Positions 1 to 10,433 of a stretch of 47,020 bases of DNA are shown here, piece by piece (position 1 is the first letter of the stretch; each line of letters starts with the position of its first letter). A program made the position numbers and the translations under genes. Where the stretch lies: NCBI GenBank assembly GCA_002269645.1, contig NIVC01004403.1:1-47020 (forward strand), in the 5' to 3' direction. The DNA comes from Macrostomum lignano (Eukaryota). Below the pieces are notes generated by a model. That model did not search any database, was not told where the DNA came from, and saw only the letters and a program-made list of their open reading frames with translations.

Positions 1-118
1 CCACCCTAATTGTCACCCTAATTATCACCATAATTGTCACCACTAATTGTTACCCTAATTGCCACCTAATTATCAGCCTTATCATGACCCTAATTGCCAT
101 TCTAATTGCCGCCCTAAT
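1..118. repeat. Degenerate ~12-bp tandem repeat (CCCTAATTGTCA)
   Basis: Direct reading. Lies in the intron upstream of exon 221. Confidence 0.85.
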
Positions 119-220
119 AGCCGACAGGCTCCATAATTGTTGCAGAACATAATTTAAGAAATATCAGTATACTCATATCTCTACTAATCGCTAACGATAT
201 CTTAATCTTTAACTATATAG

Positions 221-3102
221 TACCCACTGCAGCTGCTGCTGACCTTGAAGTCTTACTCGGCCGGATCGGATAGCAACTACTACAGGTGCGGCTCGCAGGG
301 CGGGCAACATCAGCATGAGCATGTGCGGCTACCGCTGCAGGTGGAGGCTGCTGCCGATGGGTGAGTGTCTCTCACAGACTAGGATTGTGAATCTCACCAT
401 CTGAACAGTGAATCTCACCATCTGAACACACATGAATCTCACCATCTGAACAGTGAATCTCACCATCTGAACACACATGAATCTCACCATCTGAACAGTG
501 AATCTCACCATCTGAACACACATGAATCTCACCATCTGAACAGTGAATCTCACCATCTGAACACACATGAATCTCACCATCTGAACAGTGAATCTCACCA
601 TCTTAACAGTGAAAATAATTATCTTAAAAGTGAATCAAAATATAAATTGTGAATCTCTCCCGCTGGATTGTGAATCCCATGATCTGGATAGTGATTCTCG
701 CCATCTGGATTGTGAATCCCACGATTTGGATTGTGAATCTCACCATGTGAACAATGAATCTCAACTCTGAACAGTGGAATCCAACCTTCTGAACAAATTT
801 GATTTGTTGAATCTGATCAATAAGGCTTCCACCTAAAAACCCGTAACCTTGCAGAGTACCCGTGGGCTACGAACTGTTTGGCAAGCAAGTCTACCGCGAG
901 GAGCTCAACTTTGAGCAGCGCAACGAACCGGGCTATAGGAATCCGGTAAAATTCAACTTGACCGGCTACCCGGTAAGATGATTTTTAAAATGCATTTTTG
1001 TTGATATTCTCCATTTGAAATAATCAACTATCGCCGTTTTAACGTAACTTCTTCCGCAGAACAACATCACAGTTAAAATGACTCTTCACTATTATTCAAG
1101 CGACGGCCGAAAGGTCGATAAAACATTCCGCGAAACAACAACCCGTGTGCCGCTGGCTTTTGCTGAGGATTCAACGGACGAAGCCATTAAAGGACCAAGA
1201 TGGTCGAGGTAAGAAGGATTTAACACTAATCCTGAGATTTTAGAGTCTGCAATTAAGGTGCTCAACGTTCGAGCAAAAAAATCCGTTTCAGTTTCGCATT
1301 CAACGTTAGACTCAAGTGCCGTCCGAATCACTACGGACCATTCTGTAGTACGTACTGTCGAGCCGAGACAACTGGGCAGTACTGCGATAGCAATGGCCAG
1401 CTCATGTGCCGAATTACAGGTCAGTCAGGGTGGCATTTGGTTGAGGGAGCAAATTAATCAAATACAGGGTCCATGAGGTAGTAGCTAGACAGGTAAATCC
1501 TGTAGCTTCATGGGGTCAAACGCATCAAGCGTCAAATCATCATGTAGCTTTAGTCTTTCAGAGTCGAACATCACCGAACCATCATATGTAACTTTAGTCT
1601 TCAGAGTGGAACATCACCGAACCATCCTATGTAGCTTTAGTCTTCAGAGTGGAACATCACCGAACCATCCTATGTAGCTTTAGTCTTCAGAGTGGAACAT
1701 CACCGAACCATCCTATGTAGCTTTAGTCTTCAGAGTGGAACATCACCGAATCATCCTATGTAGCTTTAGTCTTCAGAGTGGAACATCACCGAACCATCAT
1801 ATGTAGCTTTAGTCTTCAGAGTGGAACATCACCGAACCATCATATGTAACTTTAGTCTTCAGAGTGGAACATCACCGAACCATCATATGTAGCTTTAGTC
1901 TTCAGAGTGGAACATCACCGAACCATCATATGTAGCTTTGGTCTTCAGAGTGGAACATCACCGAATCATCCTATGTAGCTTTAGTCTTCAGAGTGGAACA
2001 TCACCGAACCATCATATGTAGCTTTAGTCTTCAGAGTGGAACATCACCGAACCATCCTATGTAGCTTTAGTCTTCAGAGTGGAACATCACCGAATCATCA
2101 TGTAACCTCAGTCTTTAGAGTGGAATTTTGTAAACGTTCCAATCTGGTACAAGCCGGGGTCATCAACGACTTTAATTTGTATTTTTAAACTGAAAGAAAC
2201 CTCATTTTCGACAGATTCCCAGCCTCCATGCGACATCAGCCCAAAGACACCCGTTCAATCTACAGTGGTATCTAGAATCGCAGCATCAACAAAGACTGTA
2301 ACGGAGCCGAAAAAACAGCCAACAAAAACCGATTTTGAGAAGCCCCTACACCCAGTGGCTGGATCAACTCCGGACAGCCTGGGCGACAGTCAAAAACAGG
2401 TAATCGATCCGTTGGTTTTGACGGTATCACTATGCGCTGCTGTAGTAGTCTTCGCACTACTGGTCTTGGGCTTGAGCGCGATCGCTTGCGTGACTGGTCG
2501 CAGGAAGCCATTGACTGTGACCAGGTGAGCATCTACGAGAGCATGTAATTACTGCAATACTGGAAGTATTTTGATAGGCAATTATTCGATCGCTTAGCAT
2601 TCATTCACGCTCTTTACACATCCATGCCGCCATGCAGCCCACCTAGCAATGGCCAACGCCCAGTATCCTTCCATTCTGACGGCAATCAACATTCTGTAGA
2701 CGTGCAATTTAAAAATAAAATTTATCGAAGCTCCTCTCGCAGAACGAGTTGCAACAGCTGCAGAATCAGCAACAGCCGACGCCGCCGCCGCCGTTAAGCC
2801 TGGCAGACTGCGACATGCTGTTCTACCAGCGTCAGCAACAGCAGATGCGCGGCAGCTGCAGCGGCAGCAGCTGCCTCTGCTCGGCCAGTGTCACCGCCGG
2901 CTACGAGCCGTTGCGTTCGCCAGACGGCGCCGAGATGCCGCCGAACTCGCACCTGGCGTACAGCGACGACGGTCACTTGCAGGCGGGCACGCTACCGATT
3001 GTTCGACCGCCAAGGCAGTTTGAAACTGACACGGTCGGCCGGTCAGTGTCTCGCTTCGGCACTGGACGCAATGTTAGCGCCTCCAGAGCGTTTAAATGTT
3101 GA
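221..3102 (+). CDS. Delta-like DSL-domain single-pass membrane protein (MNNL/C2-like + DSL + S/T/P stalk + TM + Q-rich tail), 5'-partial
   Basis: Frame-consistent GT-AG exons: 221-360, 855-972, 1060-1208, 1292-1419, 2215-2524, 2638-2695 (least certain) and 2743-3102. The spliced product contains VRLKCRPNHYGPFCSTYCRAETTGQYCDSNGQLMCRITDSQPPC, the six-Cys DSL pattern. A hydrophobic TM (LVLTVSLCAAVVVFALLVLGLSAIACV) is followed by RRK. The signal-peptide exon must lie upstream of the window. Confidence 0.8.
387..800. repeat. Minisatellite, alternating 21/24-bp units (GTGAATCTCACCATCTGAACA)
   Basis: Near-perfect to about 611, degenerate to about 800. Inside DSL-gene intron 361-854. Confidence 0.9.
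1540..2125. repeat. 43-bp minisatellite, ~13 copies
   Basis: Unit GTAGCTTTAGTCTTCAGAGTGGAACATCACCGAACCATCCTAT. Inside intron 1420-2214. Confidence 0.95.
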
Positions 3103-4003
3103 ATTACAAGGGCTGGAATGTACTGCTGCAGATTAATAGTTGTGGCTCAGAATTTAGTGCTTAGACTAGCCACTCGACTCCCCCAGCGGGGAACTCAAAG
3201 TGTTTCTCAAAGCTATCTAGCGACTAGGTAGTGCCAATACTAAGTCATCCTACCAAGGATTTTTCAATAATTCAGCTCGCACAAAAGCGTAATTAGTTGC
3301 CTTAGAATCAAATTTTGCGTGCCATGGTACATGGCAATGTAAGCCGTTTGTCGGTTGATTGTTATGTCCTTTTATGTACTTAACTTTATTACCATCAATA
3401 TAATGCCTTACAAATAATATCATCTTGATTTGTAAGCTTAAACTAAACTTTAAAAGTAAATGTATTGCAATAGACTACTTAATGTAAAACCTTTACTTCT
3501 GATTTTTTGCACGCGTGGCTGTAGCGTACAGGCTTACATGCAGCTTTGAAAAAGCATCAAACTTGTACACTTTAATTCGAGTTATTCGATAAGCTTAAAT
3601 TTTTCCCTGTTTCTGTATATCTGTTTTTCTTCGGCTCAAAAATTTTCCCGAGTAATTTTTAGCTTCTAAATGACGACATCCTTTCTACGAGCTAAATATG
3701 TAAGATATTTAAATAAAAATTTTGTGCCACTGAAGACTTCCTTATTTGGAAAGCTGACTGCAGTAAAGAACCTGCAATGGCATCATTCCTATTTTAAGAA
3801 AAATTTCCAACACGAAAGTAAAACGTTCGTTCACAACATAAATTTTAATTATCACACTTAATCATCTGTCATCCGCCAAAACAGTAAAAGACGCACGCAA
3901 ACTATTTATTGTCAGTGTGGCGTTTCAAGTGTCAGTCAAAAAGTCAAGAGCAGTACGAATGCAGTGTGTTCTTCAGTGCATGTAAATCAGCAAAATTTTT
4001 ATT

Positions 4004-4325
4004 GACACTGATCCCAGATTCGGTCATGGACACTGATCCCCGATTTAGGTCATGGACACTGATCCCCGATTAGGTCATGGACACTGATCCCCGATTAGGT
4101 CATGGACACTGATCCCCGATTAGGTCATGGACACTGATCCCCGATTTAGGTCATGGACACTGATCCCCGATTTAGGTCATGGACACTGATCCCCGATTAG
4201 GTCATAAACACTGATCCCCGATTTAGGTCATGGACACTGATCCCCATAGTGTCATAGACACTCATCCCCGATCCGGTCATAGACCTGATCTCAGATCTCT
4301 GATTCGTTCATAGACTCTGATCCTC
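4004..4325. repeat. 25/26-bp minisatellite, ~12 copies
   Basis: Unit GGTCATGGACACTGATCCCCGATTA. Lies between the convergent 3' ends of genes 1 and 2. Confidence 0.95.
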
Positions 4326-4394
4326 GCCTGCTCAAACAGGAGTCATTGGGCAAAATTTCAAGACCTATTTAATGTTCATTCATCATCAGCATCA

Positions 4395-6681
4395 TCAGTC
4401 AGCCTCCTCCAACTTCATCAGCGGCGGCATCAGCTCCCGCCTCATTCGCTGCTTCGACTCCATGTCTAAACGTTGCGCTATGCGACTCTCTCTTCTACGC
4501 GATTCGAACTCCGCACCTCCGGCACTAGTTGCGGCTGGCAGCAGATCGGCCAGCCTTCGCTGCAGACTCTGACGCGACATCCCGCCAGCTGATCTGGTAG
4601 ACAGCCGGGCCGGAGGTGGCGCCGGGGCCTCTTCTAAAAGCTGCCGTTTCCACTGAGGCAAACGGTAGGTCTTTCTTGCAGTGCATTTTGCAGCGTTCGG
4701 ATCTTCGTCCACATAACCAACCATCAGCGGTTGACGTTGAACGACGCATCGACGACCGCCTCGGACTGCGGCATCGGTGTCAATGTAAGCGAAGTAGCCC
4801 AGGCCTTCAAGTAACTGCACTATCGGCGACTGGACTTGGCGAGGCTGGTCTGGCAGTGCGGTGGTGCACCTGTGCAGAGATTCCATGAAATCGGGAATGG
4901 GGTACTCGTAAGCTTGTGGTATCTGACAGCTTTTGGTATCTGACAGCTTTTGGTATCTGACAGCTTTTGGTATCTGAAAGATTTTGGTATCTGACAGCTT
5001 CCGGTATCTAACGAAATTTGGTATCTGACAGCTTTTTATATCTGACAGCTTTTGGTATCTGACAGCTTTTGATATCTGACAGCTTTTGGTATCTGACAGC
5101 TTTTGATATCTGACAGCTTTTGGTATCTGACAGCTTTTGATATCTGACAGCTTTTGGTATCTGACAGCTTTTGATATCTGACAGCTTTTGGTATCTGACA
5201 GCTTTTGATATCTGACAGCTTTTGGTATCTGACAGCTTTTGGTATCTGACAGCTTTTGATATCTGACAGCTTTTGGTATCTGACAGCTTTTGGTATCTGA
5301 CAGCTTTTGGTATCTGACAGCTTTTGGTATCTGACAGCTTTTGGTATCTGACAGCTTTTGGTATCTGACAGCTTTTGGTATCTGACAGCTTTTGATATCT
5401 GACAGCTTTTGGTATCTGACTGATTTTGGTATCTGACAGCTTTTGGTATCTGACAGCTTTTGGTATCTGACAGCTTTTGGTATCTGACAGCTTTTGGTAT
5501 CTGACAGCTTTTGGTATCTGACAGCTTTTGGTATCTGACAGCTTTTGGTATCTGACAGTTTTTGATATCTGACAGCTTTTGGTATCTGACTGATTTTGGT
5601 ATCTGACAGCTTTTTATATCTGACAGCTTTTGGTATCCGACAGCTTTTGGTATCTGACAGCTTTTGGTATCTGACAGCTTTTGGTATCTGACAGCTTTTG
5701 GTATCTGACAGCTTTTGGTATCTGACAGCTTTGGTATCTGACAGCTTTGGTATCTGACAGCTTTTGGTATCTGACAGCTTTGGTATCTGACAGCTTTGGT
5801 ATCTGACAGCTTTTGGTATCTGACAGCTTTTGGTATCTGACTGATTTTGGTATCTGACAGCTTTGGTATCTGACAGCTTTGGTATCTGACAGCTTCCGGT
5901 ATCTGACAGCTTTGGTATCTGACAGCTTTGGTATCTGACAGCTTTTGGTATCTGACAGCTTTTGGTATCTGACTGATTTTGGTATCTGACAGCTTTTGGT
6001 ATCTGACAGCTTTTGGTACTGACAGCTTTTGATATCTGACAGCTTTTGGTATCTGACAGCTTTTGGTATCCGACAGCTTTTGGTATCTGACAGCTTTTAA
6101 TATCTGTGGTGTCTCACAGCTTCCGGTATCTGACAGCTTTGGTATCTGACAGCTTCCGGTATCTGACAGCTTTGGTATCTGACAGCTTCCGGTATCTGAC
6201 AGCTTTGGTATCTGACAGCTTCCGGTATCTGACAGCTTTGGTATCTGACAGCTTCCGGTATCTGACTTCCCGGAGCTCACCTTGACGACTCATCAAAATC
6301 GACCGTCGCCTCCGTTTCTGCCACCGCCGGTCGCCGACCGCCAACGCTACCGGCCGACGTCAGCAGCCTCATCTGTCGTTCCAGCATCGCCTCCTGAACG
6401 CGCCAGGCGCCACTGCAAGCCAATACAGCGCCGGCACTCCGACATCGGCCTCGAAGCGCCGGATTGTTCGGCAGAGGTTTGACAGCTTCGCAGCTGTGGC
6501 CGCTGGTCTTGCGGAGGGTCTCCAGACAGTCAACTATATTCCTCTGCTCTGAGTAGATCGAGTAACTCGCGTGACCCAACTCGCGGTCGAAATTCTTCAA
6601 CCGATACTGCAACCGGCGATCCTCCAACCGATTCGACCGTTCCGCCTGCAGTTCTCGTGTGCTCTTCTTACCAAATTGCAT
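4395..6681 (-). CDS. Uncharacterised ~291-aa protein with N-terminal coiled coil (weak recalled resemblance to the CCDC190/DUF4697 N-terminus)
   Basis: Two exons, 6681-6281 (ATG to AG|GTGAGC) and 4869-4395 (CTCTGCACAG|G to TGA). Phases match (2/1) and the sequence is GC-rich and coding-like. The 1.4-kb intron is almost entirely a 17-bp repeat. The family resemblance is from memory only. Confidence 0.7.
4917..6268. repeat. 16/17-bp minisatellite, ~80 copies
   Basis: Unit GGTATCTGACAGCTTTT. Fills intron 4870-6280. Confidence 0.97.
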
Positions 6682-7454
6682 CGCGAGCGGTCGAAACTAA
6701 AAAAATTCACAAACAGTAACAAAACTTTTAAAATAGTCATCTATATACTAGCCATCTGCACTGACGATATAGATTAGCTCATTAGTAATTCATTCACTTA
6801 GCCATAGGCACAGTAGCTAGATTTCATTGGGCGTCGCGAGGGAAGACAAATTAGAGATGGTTAGGGGAAGTTTCAGTCTGTATGGCATTCCGGCGATGGA
6901 AAATCCCCTTACCCAGATACTATGTCTGTTAGTACTCCAGGACCCTTTTTTGAAATTGAGTATATTGTTGGCAGCAGCCTCGTCTCTCCCGGCCCTTAAC
7001 TAAACCTTCAAAGATCCCCCACTGTACGCACAGACACTAGAATTAGAGTGGGGGATTAGCTGAAACTGGGAAGTTTAGCTAGCAAATTTTGCCTTCCATG
7101 ACTGCCGTCCCTACTGCAGGCCGTACTTGACGCCATTATACAAATGTAGTTTTTTTCTAGGATTGCTGGAAGCAAGCAAGACAAAAGCACTCTCCTAAAA
7201 AAAGTGTTGGGAGAGAGAAACACACACAAAACAAAAAGTTAAAACAATACAAACTGCATTGTAGCCTTGTAGGCTTCTTGAAGTAAAAAAATCTGCATTT
7301 TCGTGCAGTAGCCTATTGATTTACCTGTAATGGCTGTAAATACTCTTACCCTAAGCACGACTCCTCACAGCAGCTTGTATTTGCTAAACACAACTTACAG
7401 TATATGTATATCGACAGCAAATTGATAAAAACATTATACTCCAACTTAGGGCAT

Positions 7455-9890
7455 TCAATGAACTCACTAATTCAACTTGGTGCATTCTATGACTCACTAA
7501 TTCAAATTGGCGCATTCAATGACTCACTAATTCAACTTGGCGCATTCTATGACTCACTAATTCAAATTGGCGCATTCAATGACTCACTAATTCAAATTGG
7601 CGCATTCAATGACTCACTAATTCAAATTGGCGCATTCTATGACTCAGTAAAACAACTTGACGCATTCTATGACTCACTAATTCAAATTGGCGCATTCTAT
7701 GACTCACTAATTCAAATTGGCGCATTCTATGACTCACTAATTCGAATTGGCGCATTCTATGACTCACTAAACCAACTTGACGCACTATATGACTCAATAA
7801 TTCAAATTGGCGCATTCTATGACTCACTAATTCAAATTAGCGCATTCTATGACTCACTAATTCAAATTGGCGCATTCTATGACTCACTAATTCAAATTGG
7901 CGCATTCTATGACTCAGTAAAACAACTTGACGCATTCTATGACTCACTAATTCAAATTAGCGCATTTTATGACTCACTAAATCAACTTGACGCACTATAT
8001 GACTCAATAATTCAAATTAGCGCATTCTATGACTCACTAATTCAAATTGGCGCATTCTATGACTCAATAATTCAAATTGGCGCATTCTATGACTCACTAA
8101 TTCAACTTGGTGCATTCTATGACTCAGTAAAACAACTTGGCGCATTCTATGACTCACTAACTTAACTTGGCGCATTCTATGACCCACAAAATTAAATTGG
8201 CGCATTCTATGAGTTACTAATTCAATTTGGCGCATTCTATGACTCACTAAATCAACTTGACGCACTATATGACTCAATAATTCAAATTGGTGCATTCTAT
8301 GACTCACTAATTCAACTTGGCGCATTCAATGACTCACTAATTTAAATTAGCGCATTCTATGACTCACTAATTTAACTTGGTGCATTTTATGACTCACTAA
8401 TTCAAATTGGTGCATTCTATGACTCACTAATTCAACTAGGTGCATTCTATGACACACTAATTCAACTAGGTGCATTCTATGACTCACTAATTCAACTTGG
8501 CGCATTCTATGACACACTAATTTAACTTGGCGCATTCTATGACTCACTAAATCAACTTGACGCACTATATGACTCAATAATTCAAATTGGCGCATTCTAT
8601 GACTCACTAATTCAAATTGGCGCATTCTATGACTCAGTAAAACAACTTGACGCATTCTATGACTCACTAATTCAAATTGGCGCATTCTATGACTCACTAA
8701 TTCAAATTGGCGCATTCTATGACTCACTAATTCAAATTGGCGCATTCTATGACTCACTAAATCAACTTGACGCACTATATGACTCAATAATTCAAATTGG
8801 CGCATTCTATGACTCACTAATTCAAATTAGCGCATTCTATGACTCACTAATTCAAATTGGCGCATTCTATGACTCACTAATTCAAATTGGCGCATTCTAT
8901 GACTCAGTAAAACAACTTGACGCATTCAATGACTCACTAGTTCAAATTAGCGCATTTTATGACTCACTAAATCAACTTGACGCACTATATGACTCAATAA
9001 TTCAAATTAGCGCATTCTATGACTCACTAATTCAAATTGGCGCATTCTATGACTCAGTAAAACAACTTGACGCATTCAATGACTCACTAGTTCAAATTAG
9101 CGCATTTTATGACTCACTAAATCAACTTGACGCACTATATGACTCAATAATTCAAATTAGCGCATTCTATGACTCACTAATTCAAATTGGCGCATTCTAT
9201 GACTCAATAATTCAAATTGGCGCATTCTATGACTCACTAATTCAACTTGGTGCATTCTATGACTCAGTAAAACAACTTGGCGCATTCTATGACTCACTAA
9301 CTTAACTTGGCGCATTCTATGACCCACAAAATTAAATTGGCGCATTCTATGAGTTACTAATTCAATTTGGCGCATTCTATGACTCACTAAATCAACTTGA
9401 CGCACTATATGACTCAATAATTCAAATTGGTGCATTCTATGACTCACTAATTCAACTTGGCGCATTCAATGACTCACTAATTTAAATTAGCGCATTCTAT
9501 GACTCACTAATTTAACTTGGTGCATTCTATGACTCACTAATTCAAATTGGCGCATTCTATGACTCAATAATTCAAATTGGCGCATTCTATGACTCACTAA
9601 TTCAAATTACCGCATTCTATGACTCACTAATTCAAATTGGCGCATTCTATGACTCACTAATTCAAATTGGCGCATTCTATGACTCACTAATTTAAATTAG
9701 CGCATTCTATGACTCACTAATTCAACTTGGTGCATTCTATGACTCACTAATTTAAATTAGCGCATTCTATGACTCACTAAATCAACTTGACGCACTATAT
9801 GACTCAATAATTCAAATTGGAGCTTTCATTGACTCACTAATTTAAATTGGCACACGCTATGACGCACTAACTCAAGTTAGCGCATTCTAT
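7455..9890. repeat. 30-bp minisatellite, ~80 copies, with 1140-bp higher-order duplication
   Basis: Unit GACTCACTAATTCAAATTGGCGCATTCTAT. Identical variant runs at 8017-8325 and 9157-9465. Confidence 0.97.
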
Positions 9891-10433
9891 AACAACCCTT
9901 ATTTACTATGGCCCATCTATGACACCGATTCTAGCACCTTTTATTAAAACTCTAGTTCAACAAAAATGTACACAAATGAATAGCACTACACTGAGGATAC
10001 ATACTACTAACATAACTTTTGGCCAGTAGTATAGTAAGCATAGTATTGTATAGAAACTAAAAAACAAACACAGTAAAGTTTGCCCATTGATTACTGGTAA
10101 CATACTACTTTCAAATAGCCAAACAACTATGAAAGCAAACATGGTACATCTTTATATTTATTGAAAACTAACTTGCAACGATTTTAATGTAAGGTACAGG
10201 TGGGGTGCTTTGTATTTTTTCGTCTGCATCAAATTAAAAATTACACGTGTTGGCTTCAATAGCGAATATGGCAAATATTATATATAGATTATCCTATTAT
10301 ATTATTATATTTAAGCTTCTAAATACGCACAACTATTTACTAATATTAGTCAGGACTACTGAACCTTCAACTACCTACGTTAATGTCCACTCAGTATCAA
10401 TGTTTAGTATCATTCAGAGAAAATAATGTGAAA

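Noticed and set aside
1540-2125. Regular 25-43-bp repeats as possible CRISPR arrays
   Set aside because: Units are head-to-tail with no unique spacers, there are no cas genes, and the context is eukaryotic introns.
4372-4888. Plus-strand ORFs antisense to real exons (also 6282-6482, 19984-20454, 21853-22128, 33804-34121, 44360-44548, 45868-46104)
   Set aside because: Shadow ORFs of GC-rich coding exons on the opposite strand, with no independent splice or domain support.
7404-8165. 253-aa DSLIQIGAFY-repeat ORF resembling BspA-type leucine-rich repeats
   Set aside because: The unit is 10 aa rather than about 23. In-frame stops arise freely further along the same array, so there is no sign of coding constraint.
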